Shown one piece after another: positions 1-9,438 of a stretch of 64,000 nucleotides of DNA (position 1 is the stretch's first letter; every line of letters starts with the position of its first letter). The stretch covers positions 78,707 to 142,706 of the forward strand of contig JBJEGD010000013.1 in the NCBI GenBank assembly GCA_051874735.1, given 5' to 3'. The DNA is from Candidatus Bruticola sp. (GTDB lineage Bacteria; Vulcanimicrobiota; Xenobia; Xenobiales; Xenobiaceae). The position numbers were made by a program, and so were the translations under genes. A model generated the notes under the pieces. The model was not told the origin of the DNA and did no database searches. It saw nothing but the letters and a program-made list of their open reading frames with translations.

Positions 1-1221
1 TCCAACAATGAGAATATTATTGAAGTTTTAGATATTGCCTGCGATGAATGTCCAGTAGGAGGTTACGAGGTTACCAACGCTTGTCGAGGCTGTATAGCTC
101 ACCGCTGTGAGCAGGCTTGCAGACGCGGAGCGATTACTTTTGACCATAATCAGAAAGCGCATATTGATAAGGACAAGTGCGTGGAGTGCGGCATGTGCGC
201 AAAAGTTTGTCCTTACAACGCTATTATGAACTTTAAGCGTCCTTGTGAGAGAGCTTGCAAAGTTAAGGCTATCAGCATGAACGAAGAAAAAGTGGCTTCT
301 ATCGACGAAAGCAAGTGCGTACGTTGTGGGGCTTGCGTTTATCAGTGTCCCTTCGGGGCTATCGTTGATAAGTCTTATATACTTAATGCTGTCGATCTGA
401 TACGCAAGAGTAAGAATGGTGGCCCTAAAGTTTATGCTGTGGTTGCTCCTTCTATTGCCAGCCAATTCAGCTACGCTAAATTGGGACAAGTAGTCAAGGC
501 TATTAAGGAGTGCGGTTTTTATAACGTTTTAGAGGCCGCTTTGGGCGCCGACATGGTAGCTTTCAATGAGTCAAAGGAATTGGCAGAGAAAGGCTTCTTG
601 CTCAGTTCTTGCTGTCCCGCCTTTGTGGCTTTTGTGCATAAAGAATTCCCTAAGCTAAAAGATAATGTCTCCCATAGTTTGTCACCTATGGCCACTATTG
701 CCAAGTATATAAAAGAAACTGATCCGGGCTGCAAGGTGGTCTTTATTGGTCCTTGTACGGCTAAAAAGATGGAAACACAGCTCGATACGGTCAGCCCTTA
801 TGTTGATGTCTCCCTGACTTTCGAAGAGTTACAGGCTTTGTTCGATGGTTTAGAGATAGATGTAGCTTCTTTGGAAGAAGATGTTTTAGACAATGCTTCC
901 TATTTCGGCAGGATATTCGCCCGCTGCGGCGGCTTGGCCGACGCTGTAGCAGAGGGGCTGAAAGAGCACGGAGTTACAGATTTCGAGCTTAAAGCCGTTT
1001 CCTGCAGCGGTTTAGAAGAATGTCGCAAAGCTTTGCTGATGGCGGCGCACGGCAAGTCTCCTTATAACTTTATTGAGGGCATGGCTTGTGTAGGCGGATG
1101 TATTGGCGGTCCAGGCTGTTTAACTCATGGTGATAAAGATTCCCGTGAAATAGATAAGTATGGCCGGGAAGCTATGGAAAAGACTATTAGCAGTGCTGTT
1201 AAGCAGTATATAAGAGATTAG
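1..1221 (+). CDS. Ferredoxin-domain [FeFe]-hydrogenase, group B-like (5' partial; the frame is open from base 1)
   Basis: Frame 1 is open upstream of the listed ORF (IACDECP...CRGCIAHRCEQAC...CVECGMC). It has several 4Fe-4S motifs plus the H-cluster motifs SSCCPAF, GPCTAKKME and EGMACVGGCIGGPG. Confidence 0.88.
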   Translation, partial: SNNENIIEVLDIACDECPVGGYEVTNACRGCIAHRCEQACRRGAITFDHNQKAHIDKDKCVECGMCAKVCPYNAIMNFKRPCERACKVKAISMNEEKVASIDESKCVRCGACVYQCPFGAIVDKSYILNAVDLIRKSKNGGPKVYAVVAPSIASQFSYAKLGQVVKAIKECGFYNVLEAALGADMVAFNESKELAEKGFLLSSCCPAFVAFVHKEFPKLKDNVSHSLSPMATIAKYIKETDPGCKVVFIGPCTAKKMETQLDTVSPYVDVSLTFEELQALFDGLEIDVASLEEDVLDNASYFGRIFARCGGLADAVAEGLKEHGVTDFELKAVSCSGLEECRKALLMAAHGKSPYNFIEGMACVGGCIGGPGCLTHGDKDSREIDKYGREAMEKTISSAVKQYIRD

Positions 1222-1242
1222 TTTCTTCGCTTGTAGGCTTAT

Positions 1243-1277
1243 AAAATCGGCTGAAAAAATTTCAGCCGATTTTTTTT
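1243..1277 (+). terminator. Intrinsic terminator after the hydrogenase gene
   Basis: AAAATCGGCTGAAA-loop-TTTCAGCCGATTTT stem followed by a T-run. Confidence 0.8.
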
Positions 1278-1348
1278 CAGCAGCAGGAAAACTATATTTA
1301 ATGTAGTAATTTTCATCTCGTTGCCGCGATAGTGGGCAGCTGTACAAT

Positions 1349-1438
1349 GGAGAGCTGGCTGAGTGGTCGAAAGCAGCGGTCTTGAAAACCGCCGTGGCAT
1401 TACTGTCACCGGGGGTTCGAATCCCTCGCTCTCCGCCA
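1349..1438 (+). tRNA. tRNA-Ser(TGA)
   Basis: Acceptor stem GGAGAGC/GCTCTCC, anticodon arm GCGGT-CTTGAAA-ACCGC, long variable arm, GGTTCGAATCC T-arm, encoded GCCA end. Confidence 0.97.
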
Positions 1439-1587
1439 AAGGTAAATAGAAAAGGGGCTGGATCGTTTTTTCTTGCGGTTCAGGTCTTTTTTTTTGTAGT
1501 GCCGCTTCTTTTGCAGTGAAATAAATGGCTTATATAAATGAAAAAGCTCCGCTGCCTATAATATTGAAGCGGAGCTGGTGCGTATTT

Positions 1588-2379
1588 TTAAGATTTGCTC
1601 AAAATTTCTTTATAAATAGCGTAGTCTTTATCTAATAAAACGGTAAAAATCACTTTAGGAGCTGTGCTTTCACGATTCAGATAATCTCGAGTGGTGCGCA
1701 GCGCGATTTCTGCTGCTCTGTGGTTAGGAAAACAGTAAACGCCGGTTGAAATACAGCAGAAAGCTATAGAATCTAATCCTTTTTCATGAGCTAACTGCAA
1801 AGAATTGCGGTAACAGGCAGCTAAAGCCTCCTCATCCGTTTTCTGCAGCTGACGGTAAATAATGGGGCCTACGGTGTGAATAACGTACTGACAGGGGAGG
1901 TTGTACGCTTTAGTTAGGCGAGCTTCTCCAGCTTGCAACGAGCGCCCCAAGCGCTGCATAATTTCGGCGCATTCTGCCCGCAGCTGCAGTCCTGCAGCTG
2001 AATGGATCGCATTATCGACGCAGTTATGGCAGGGAATAAAGCAGCCGAGCATATCTGAATTAGCAGCGTTGACAATAGCTCCGCAGCGTATTTTGCTGAT
2101 ATCCCCTTGGTGAAGATATATTTTATCAGCTACCGGATTGAGTTGGCTAACTTCAGTAATATCTAGGCTATTGAGTTCTTCCTGAAAATATTCATCTTGT
2201 ATTTTTATAAACTCTGAACTAATTGCTTTGGGAGGGCGCACATTAAGTAAAGAGCGCAAAAATTTCTTTTGCTTATCTTCTTTGTCGGGTATTTTAGTAC
2301 TAGAGGATATTTCTCTGCTGTTGATAGCTTCTCTAAGCAGTTCACTGATTAAAAAGACTCTTCTTTCACTCTGATTCAT
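1588..2379 (-). CDS. Zn-macrodomain protein-ADP-ribose hydrolase
   Basis: Macrodomain motifs QGDI, AIVNAAN, VIHTVGP and FCCISTGVY; Zn loop Cx4HxC (GCFIPCHNCVDN); N-terminal LRSLLNVRPP extension typical of this subfamily. Confidence 0.9.
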   Translation of the reverse strand: MNQSERRVFLISELLREAINSREISSSTKIPDKEDKQKKFLRSLLNVRPPKAISSEFIKIQDEYFQEELNSLDITEVSQLNPVADKIYLHQGDISKIRCGAIVNAANSDMLGCFIPCHNCVDNAIHSAAGLQLRAECAEIMQRLGRSLQAGEARLTKAYNLPCQYVIHTVGPIIYRQLQKTDEEALAACYRNSLQLAHEKGLDSIAFCCISTGVYCFPNHRAAEIALRTTRDYLNRESTAPKVIFTVLLDKDYAIYKEILSKS

Positions 2380-2562
2380 GAAGCATCCAACCTTTCATCA
2401 ATTTATTCCGTCTGGGAAGACCGACAAAGAACTTATTTAATAAATATACCTTCTTTGCTTCAGTATTTCAAACTAGCGGTCTAAAACTACTTAAAAAGTT
2501 AGCATAATTGTTTAGTTTATAAATTATAGCGGTGGAATAGACGCTTTACCCTCTATTTTGTG

Positions 2563-2613
2563 AAAAAAGCTCTTCCTATCTGTAAGTTTTCAACTTACTA
2601 TTAGGAAGAGCTT
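2563..2613 (-). terminator. Terminator-like hairpin downstream of the DUF1015 gene
   Basis: AAGCTCTTCCTA...TAGGAAGAGCTT inverted repeat; the adjacent A-run gives a U-tract on the minus strand. Confidence 0.65.
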
Positions 2614-2666
2614 GGTTACTTAAAAAACAAAAAAGGCCAATTTAGCCGTCTATTTGTTTATAACAA

Positions 2667-3896
2667 TTAGGCTAAGGCGTGATTGACGATTGAATCGCGC
2701 AGCTTAGGTTCGAACCAAGTCGACTTAGGAGGCATAATCTCGCCCGCATCGGCTATATCCATAAGTTCTTGCAAACTGACGGGGCGCATAGAGAAAGCCA
2801 CCTGCGCGCGTCCCTCATCAACTCTCTTGACTAGTTCCTCAGTACCTCTGATGCCGCCCACGAAATCGATGCGTTCATTGGTGCGTGGGTCGTCAATAGC
2901 TAAAATAGGATTGAGAATATTTTCCTGCAGAACTGCGGCATCGAGTTTCTGAGCAGGGGTGGCTGCTTTTTCTTTGAGGGAAGTAAGATCTAAATCGTAC
3001 CACTTACCGGCTAAATACATACTTACATGGCCGTCTTTTTCGGGCTCTGGAGTAGCATTAGCTTCTACAGGTACAACGTTTTTTAGTTTGGCTAAAAACT
3101 CTTCAGCACTGTGGCCATTGAGATCGGCCACTACGCGGTTATAGGCCATAATTTTAAGCTGATTGTCAGGGAAGGCCACCGCTAAGAAGAAATTCGCCGC
3201 TTCATTGCCTGTCCAGTTAGCATTTTCAGAACGAAGTTTAGCTCTGGTGCGGCTGGCTGAGGCTGCCCGGTGGTGGCCGTCGGCAATATAAAGGGCGGGG
3301 ATTTTGGCAAATTCGGCGATAAGGTCAGCGCAATCTGTCAGTTTCCAGGCTGTGTGGCGAATACCGTCAGGAGCTGTAAAATTGTAGAGAGGTTCAGCAG
3401 CAGTTGCCTGACTGACTAGGGAGTCAATTTCCGGTCTAGCTTTATATGTCAAGAAGACGGGACCAGTTTGGGCTTTAGTAGTGATAATATGATTGGTGCG
3501 GTCATCCTCTTTAGCTTTGCGCGTCTTTTCGTGTTTTTTTATAAGATTGTTATCGTACTCGTCTACTGAGAAAGTGGCGGCGATACCAGTTTGAATATGG
3601 TTACCCATTTGCTGCTGATAAATGTATACGGCGGGAGTGTCATCGGTAAAGAGAGCACCTTCGCTGCAGAGCTTTTGCAAATTTTCAGCAGCTTTAGCGT
3701 AGACGGCTGGATCGTAAGCATCTGTGGAGTCAGGAAGATCAATTTCAGCGCGAGACACATGAATAAAGCTCAGGGGATGACCTTCACCTAACGCTTTAGC
3801 TTCTTGGCGATCTACAACATCGTAGGGGACTTCGGCTACTTGGGCCACATACTGAGGGTGAGGACGCAGGGCTCGGAAAGGACGTAAAACGGACAT
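2667..3896 (-). CDS. DUF1015 family protein
   Basis: RPFRALRP, PYDVV, IKKHEKT, YIADGHHR, FVGGIRG and MPPKSTWFEPKL motifs. Confidence 0.9.
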   Translation of the reverse strand: MSVLRPFRALRPHPQYVAQVAEVPYDVVDRQEAKALGEGHPLSFIHVSRAEIDLPDSTDAYDPAVYAKAAENLQKLCSEGALFTDDTPAVYIYQQQMGNHIQTGIAATFSVDEYDNNLIKKHEKTRKAKEDDRTNHIITTKAQTGPVFLTYKARPEIDSLVSQATAAEPLYNFTAPDGIRHTAWKLTDCADLIAEFAKIPALYIADGHHRAASASRTRAKLRSENANWTGNEAANFFLAVAFPDNQLKIMAYNRVVADLNGHSAEEFLAKLKNVVPVEANATPEPEKDGHVSMYLAGKWYDLDLTSLKEKAATPAQKLDAAVLQENILNPILAIDDPRTNERIDFVGGIRGTEELVKRVDEGRAQVAFSMRPVSLQELMDIADAGEIMPPKSTWFEPKLRDSIVNHALA

Positions 3897-4026
3897 TTTC
3901 TATCACCTTTACATTTAATATCGAAGGCGTAACTTTTACATATAAAATAAAAAAACCTGCATAATTAGTTTTTGTAATTATGCAGATTTTTTTTGTCTCA
4001 GTTGTTTTGCCTATATATACATTAGG

Positions 4027-5019
4027 TTACTTAGGAAGCAGTTGAATAGCGTTGATGGTATTTTTGCTAAGGTAAATGGCTCTCCACAAATCGCCCCCGT
4101 TAGTGGTTAGATATATATTTCCTGTAATAGTTGAGAAGGCGAAAGTACGTTCTCCCAGAGCACTTATAGAGGTGATGCGCTGGTTATTGAGAGAAGGCAG
4201 GCCGACATTTTTTACCTGCCAGGTGTCTCCTCCGTCTTGGGAGCAGATTATGAGTTGAGCCCCATTATCATCGCGCATTTGGCTGAGACTGGCCATAATT
4301 AAATTAGGATTGTAAGGGGCTATGGCGATGCGCCGAGCAAAATTATAGGGAATACCGTGGCTAAGCTGGGTCCAGGTTGAGCCTAAATCGTCGGAACGGA
4401 AAATTCCCGTTGAAGTAGCCGAAAAAATGCGGTTAGGGGCTAGAGCGTGAATGGCGAAATCATTGACCTCTTTCCCTACGCTTACTGGCCGTTCAGACCA
4501 GGTTAAGCCTCCATCTAAACTTCCCATAAAGCCGCCTTGAGCTACAGAGGCGAAAACTACATTGGGATGAAGAGGGTGCTGGCGCAGCTTAGTGACGGAA
4601 GCACGGTAGGGAGGTACAGGATATATCCATTCGTCTGAACTGGGCAAAGCATTAAAACTGGGAAGTTTTTGCCAGCGCAATCCGGCTGTTTTACTTTTGT
4701 AAATTGAAGGCGGCTGGGTGCCTACGTACATAATCATAGGAGATTTGGGATGAGAGCTGATGGCTGTAATGTTGAGTCCGTCCAGTCCTTCTACAGTTGT
4801 CATCCAATTTTCGCCGTCTTTAGTTTTATGAATTGAGCCTTGAGAAGAGGCGGCTAAAATTGAGCCGCGCGGATCTGTTAGCACAGCTTGTATATTGCGG
4901 GCCTGATGAGCATGAGAAACTAAGGCCCAGGTGTCAATATCTCGTTCTCCTTCTCGTAAAACAATAATTCCGCGTGTCGTTCCTATCGCTATACGCATAA
5001 TAATTGCCGCCTTTACCAC
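4027..5019 (-). CDS. BNR/Asp-box repeat beta-propeller protein (start may be ATG at 4998)
   Basis: Repeated SxDGGxTW-type motifs: SLDGGLTW, SDDLGSTW, SQDGGDTW, TTNGGDLW. No signal peptide. Confidence 0.8.
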   Translation of the reverse strand: MVKAAIIMRIAIGTTRGIIVLREGERDIDTWALVSHAHQARNIQAVLTDPRGSILAASSQGSIHKTKDGENWMTTVEGLDGLNITAISSHPKSPMIMYVGTQPPSIYKSKTAGLRWQKLPSFNALPSSDEWIYPVPPYRASVTKLRQHPLHPNVVFASVAQGGFMGSLDGGLTWSERPVSVGKEVNDFAIHALAPNRIFSATSTGIFRSDDLGSTWTQLSHGIPYNFARRIAIAPYNPNLIMASLSQMRDDNGAQLIICSQDGGDTWQVKNVGLPSLNNQRITSISALGERTFAFSTITGNIYLTTNGGDLWRAIYLSKNTINAIQLLPK

Positions 5020-5261
5020 GCCTGTCGGGCAAAAAAATTTAATTCAAAGAGCTGTTGGGCATATCCATCCGCCCAGTATCCAGCTAGCGCAGGAGATTTT
5101 GGCAAGATTGATTTTTACTCCTGCTTAAAAATTTTTTAGCTCGAATTTGCCGTTTATGCTAGGCTGATCAGTTCAGCAGCTATCTATAGCAGGTTTTCCC
5201 CTGTTTTTGGTCGTATGAGAGGGCCGTCAGTTTACTATATTTTTTTTGAGGAGAAAGCATA

Positions 5262-5948
5262 ATGAAACTTGTTATGGTACGTCATGGCCAGAGCATGTGG
5301 AACTTAGAAAATCGTTTCACAGGTTGGACAGATGTAGATCTCAGCGAAAATGGCATTAAAGAAGCTGAAGAAGCCGGACATTTACTTAAAGCTAACGGTT
5401 TTTCTTTCGACATGGCTTTTACTTCCGTTTTGAGAAGAGCTAACCACACTTTGGAACTCATTCTTAAAGAGCTTGGTGAGAGCAATATCCCCATTAAATA
5501 CACTTGGCGGTTAAATGAGCGCCACTATGGTGCCCTTCAGGGACTCAATAAAGATGAAACTCGGGCCAAATATGGGGCTGAGCAGGTTCATATTTGGCGC
5601 CGAAGCGCCGATGTCCGTCCGCCGGCCTTGGATAAAGATGACGAGCGTTATCCAGGAAACGATCCTAAATACAAAGATCTGACTCCGGAGCAGCTTCCTC
5701 TCACTGAGCACCTGCTTGACACTGTCGATCGCGTTGTACCTTATTGGGATTCCGATATTAAGCCGGCTCTTTTAGCTGGTAAAAAGTGCATTATTGCCGC
5801 TCATGGTAACAGCATCAGAGCCTTGGTCAAATACATTGAGAATATTGGCACTAAAGAAATTATGGACGTCGAAATTCCTACTGGCAAACCCTTAGTTTAC
5901 GAGCTCGATGACAAAACTTTAGCTTTTGTCAAAAAGTATTACCTGTAG
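5262..5948 (+). CDS. gpmA: 2,3-bisphosphoglycerate-dependent phosphoglycerate mutase
   Basis: [29 protein letters not shown] and AHGNSIR motifs; GAGGAG RBS. Confidence 0.96.
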   Translation: MKLVMVRHGQSMWNLENRFTGWTDVDLSENGIKEAEEAGHLLKANGFSFDMAFTSVLRRANHTLELILKELGESNIPIKYTWRLNERHYGALQGLNKDETRAKYGAEQVHIWRRSADVRPPALDKDDERYPGNDPKYKDLTPEQLPLTEHLLDTVDRVVPYWDSDIKPALLAGKKCIIAAHGNSIRALVKYIENIGTKEIMDVEIPTGKPLVYELDDKTLAFVKKYYL

Positions 5949-6014
5949 CTTTTTTGGTGGTTGACATCCGTCCACCGCTTTTTTAGTTGAGGTTGTTGTC
6001 GGCCGTTATTAAAT

Positions 6015-6063
6015 AAAGCCCGCCCAACTTACCCTTACGGGCAACTGGGGCGGGCTTTGTTTT
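6015..6063. terminator. Bidirectional terminator between convergent gpmA and the TlpA gene
   Basis: AAAGCCCGCCC...GGGCGGGCTTT stem with flanking T/A runs. Confidence 0.7.
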
Positions 6064-6141
6064 CGTTGGTCTTCAATTTTTTATATCGAGTTGATATAGG
6101 TCAAGCTGCTTGAAGACGGACGTCTGAGGTTATTTTTTTTG

Positions 6142-6666
6142 CTATAAATATTTTTTGATAATTTTTTCAAATACTTCTTTGTCAGCGTAACCAACATGGC
6201 AGTATCTGATATTTCCTTGGCGGTCAATAATTAAGGTGGTGGGAATACCCTGAATTTCTCCTATTTTCTGCTCAACAGCTTTTATTGCTTTCGGATTAGA
6301 GTTCCCCAGAATAGAGGGATAATTTAAGCTCTTTTTTTGAGCAAACTGTTGGTGTTTAGTTGCATCGTCGTCCAGGGAAATACCTATTATCTGCAGTCCT
6401 TGGCTTCCGTATTGTTCTTGCAGGGCGATAAAACCGGGGATTTCTTGACGGCAGGGGGGACACCAGGTGGCCCAGAAGTCTACGATTAAAACTTTGCCGA
6501 GATATTTTGAAGTATCAACAGATTGGCCGTTGTAGCTAGTACCGGTAATGGTGGGAAGTTTGCCCAAATTTTGTTCAGCGTTGTTTGCCTGAACTTTGGG
6601 AGTGCAGGCTATTAGGGCAAAGATGCTAACGCTTATAATAAGCAGTGCGTACAGATATCTTTTCAT
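6142..6666 (-). CDS. TlpA/ResA-family thiol-disulfide oxidoreductase, probable lipoprotein
   Basis: VDFWATWCPPCRQEIP and GIPTTLIIDRQG motifs; MKRYLY...LIAC signal and lipobox (start set at ATG 6666). Confidence 0.88.
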   Translation of the reverse strand: MKRYLYALLIISVSIFALIACTPKVQANNAEQNLGKLPTITGTSYNGQSVDTSKYLGKVLIVDFWATWCPPCRQEIPGFIALQEQYGSQGLQIIGISLDDDATKHQQFAQKKSLNYPSILGNSNPKAIKAVEQKIGEIQGIPTTLIIDRQGNIRYCHVGYADKEVFEKIIKKYL

Positions 6667-6848
6667 AAACGTTTCCTTTCGGCTCGCTCTGAACACCACA
6701 TTAAGTTTATAATGGATATGGTAGTTAGCGAGCGTTTAATTAGTTCCTCTAGTATAAAATATTCTCAATAATCAGGTTTTTTCTTCTTTAAAATTAAAAA
6801 ATTATAATCGAATTAAGCAGAGGGAACAGAAAGAGGTTAGCGTTTGTA

Positions 6849-7910
6849 ATGCTGTTGTATCCTTTAAAGTTAAAACCTTATTTGGCATCCCGCCTTTGGG
6901 GAGGGAGTTATTTAGCAAAACATTATGTGCGCTCTGCTCCGCAAACGGATAGTATAGGTGAAATTTGGATTATCGACGGTGAACAGCCGGTCGTTAATGG
7001 CGCTTATACGGGGCTCACCCTCAACGAATTATACAAACGTTTTCCTCGTCAATTTGGTAACGATGGCCACTGCAAAGATTTTCCTCTGCTAATAAAATGG
7101 CTGCGGGCGCAGCAGTGGCTTTCAGTGCAGGTCCATCCACCAGACAATTTAGCGGCTTCACTTAGTGGGGGCGACCAAGGTAAAGAAGAAGCTTGGTATG
7201 TAACTGAGGCGGATCCCGGAGCTCAGCTTATTTTAGGGGTCCATCCGTCAGTTCGATGCAGTCAGATCTTGAGTTTAGCTGGTCTTGATATGACGTCTTT
7301 ATTAAGTAAAATAAGGCCTGCTGTAGGAGACTGCCTCCATATAAAACCTGGGTTAATCCATGCTTTAGGGCCCGGGCTAACCGTTCTTGAAGTGCAGCAA
7401 AATTGTCATTTAACTTACCGACTGTACGATTGGGATCGTTTAGAAGTAGACGGTCATCCCCGCGAACTTCATTTGGCTGAGGCCACCGCGGTGTTGCGCA
7501 GTTGCTGGCCTGTTAATTTGCCTAGCTCAGAAAAATCTGCTTCTAAGGTTTGTGGCACGGAAAACTTTGGCCGTTCATCGGACAAAGATAAAAAAATGAC
7601 CACTGGTTTTTTGACATGCTCTAAACTGTCGCAATACGCCCCTCCTATAGGTAAAGTCTTGCTTACCGCAAAAAATTTCCGCTTAGAGGTTATAACCTTG
7701 GCTGCAGAGTCTATAAAGTGGCTTACTGACGATATTTGTTCAGAAATTATTATTTGTACTAAAGGATGTTTGCAGGTTTATTTGCATGGGGAGTTCGAAG
7801 AGCTCAGATGCGGCGAAGCTTGTGTTTTAGCAGCTGGATCGGTCAAGGTTGGGTTAACTGCCTGCGGAAATGGTGAAGCAGTGCGGGTTATCAGTTCCCG
7901 TTTTCAATAA
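6849..7910 (+). CDS. manA: Mannose-6-phosphate isomerase, class I
   Basis: LWGG, GEIW, FPLLIK, LSVQVHP, KEEAW, IHALG and LEVQQN...TYRLYDWDR motifs. Confidence 0.85.
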   Translation: MLLYPLKLKPYLASRLWGGSYLAKHYVRSAPQTDSIGEIWIIDGEQPVVNGAYTGLTLNELYKRFPRQFGNDGHCKDFPLLIKWLRAQQWLSVQVHPPDNLAASLSGGDQGKEEAWYVTEADPGAQLILGVHPSVRCSQILSLAGLDMTSLLSKIRPAVGDCLHIKPGLIHALGPGLTVLEVQQNCHLTYRLYDWDRLEVDGHPRELHLAEATAVLRSCWPVNLPSSEKSASKVCGTENFGRSSDKDKKMTTGFLTCSKLSQYAPPIGKVLLTAKNFRLEVITLAAESIKWLTDDICSEIIICTKGCLQVYLHGEFEELRCGEACVLAAGSVKVGLTACGNGEAVRVISSRFQ

Positions 7911-7985
7911 ACAAAATGCTTTCGGCGCATAACAAGTCGAAGAGCGGTCGGCTGTACTGTTTCTATTGAGCTGTTTTAAGAGAGG

Positions 7986-9383
7986 TTGGGGCTTGAGGTG
8001 GAGTTTGTATCTCCTTACGATAATTTAGCTTTCAGAAAATTGGGGCTGAGCGCGTCTGCGTCTTGGGAAGAAATAGAGGGACAGCTGGCCTGTCTGCGCC
8101 GTCTTATTGAAGAAGTTAATAATCACAACAAAGGCGGGCAGAAAAAAATAAGCTTAGCTAAAGATGCAACTGAGTCTGAAGAAGATTGGTTAGAGGCCTG
8201 TTTGAACTGTCCGGCTGGAGAAGAACTTCTCGATCGGGCTGGAGCGACTAATCTGCCTTGGTTAGAAATGGTCTCGATCAGTCGCAGTGGGGCCGATGAG
8301 ATAGAAGAACAGTTAAAAAACGATTCTGTACGCCTTATGAATCGTCTGTTTTGGTATCACTGTCAGGGCAAAGAAGATGAACAGGCTATAAAATTTATTC
8401 ACGAAGGTCAAACTGAACAAGCTGTCAAGCTTTGGATTGAGGTAGGAACTTCTGCTTCGGCCACCGCTTCTGTAAAAGCGTCCGCTCTACATAATTTAGC
8501 TATTTTGTATCATACTAGAGCGTATGCGGCTCCGCGAGGCAAAGAATGTGCTCAACAAGATCTTAAAGAAGCTGCTCGTTGGTGGAACCGAGTGTTGGAA
8601 AATAAGTATCTGCCTTTTATACTCAGCGATGGTGAAGCCTTTCAATCGTACGTTTTAAACGGCGGAGCAGATGAGGAAGATAGCCAAACTTATAGCCAGA
8701 TCTTAGAACAAGCTCGTGAACTTATTCCTAAAATTTACCGCTATATTCCCCAGCTACTGAGCTTTGAGCGCTGTCGTCTCAGTGGACAGTACGAGGAAGG
8801 GGCTAAGCAGATCAATTTCGCTAAAGATAATGTAGCTTTGCCTGTAGAGATGGATTTGCGCGACTATCAGGCGACTAAAGCCCGTATTTCTGTAGCTTTG
8901 TCGGAAGCTGATTATTTTACTGCTCACGGCCAGTTTCAGCAGGCGTCTCGTCTTATTGAAGAGGCTCGCAGTGAAGTAAATACCGATGAAATTGCTCTAT
9001 TAAATACTAGTATTTTACATGTGGAGAATAGGCGAGTTGTGCGCGGCTTAATGCCAGTTACTGAAGTCCCCAAACTTTCTTCTCGGGTAGCCTTTGGCTT
9101 TAATCTGGGACGTTTGCGCAATTTCGACGAAAAGACGCGCAGTTTTTCTGCCCGTTTAGCCTGGACTTTTTTCTTTATTCCGCTTTGGTATATCGCTCGA
9201 TATCGGGTCCGTCAGGAAGTTTCAGGACGCTGGGTTTTTATGGGACGCTACGTTCACGATCCGCTCATTTCTATTTATAACTTTATAGCGTGTATTCTGC
9301 TTATTGTGGTGTTGGTTACCATATTGTTGCTTGGTTTGCGCTTCGGACTTTCTGTCGATGTTGGCAGTGCGGTTAAGGTTTAA
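7986..9383 (+). CDS. Hypothetical helical/TPR-like protein with C-terminal membrane segments
   Basis: 465-aa ORF; J-domain-like start (AFRKLGLSASASWEEI, no HPD); TPR-like ALHNLAILYH; hydrophobic C-terminus. Confidence 0.6.
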   Translation: MGLEVEFVSPYDNLAFRKLGLSASASWEEIEGQLACLRRLIEEVNNHNKGGQKKISLAKDATESEEDWLEACLNCPAGEELLDRAGATNLPWLEMVSISRSGADEIEEQLKNDSVRLMNRLFWYHCQGKEDEQAIKFIHEGQTEQAVKLWIEVGTSASATASVKASALHNLAILYHTRAYAAPRGKECAQQDLKEAARWWNRVLENKYLPFILSDGEAFQSYVLNGGADEEDSQTYSQILEQARELIPKIYRYIPQLLSFERCRLSGQYEEGAKQINFAKDNVALPVEMDLRDYQATKARISVALSEADYFTAHGQFQQASRLIEEARSEVNTDEIALLNTSILHVENRRVVRGLMPVTEVPKLSSRVAFGFNLGRLRNFDEKTRSFSARLAWTFFFIPLWYIARYRVRQEVSGRWVFMGRYVHDPLISIYNFIACILLIVVLVTILLLGLRFGLSVDVGSAVKV

Positions 9384-9438
9384 ATTTATATAAAGGAAGC
9401 AGATTTATATTTAGAAAGGCATAGGGCTGGCGGTTTAT

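Noticed and set aside
1239-1439. 66-aa minus-strand ORF MAESEGFEPP...
   Set aside because: It is the antisense translation of tRNA-Ser. The ORFs at 15303-15626 and 35412-35732 likewise overlap tRNA-Ala and tRNA-Tyr.
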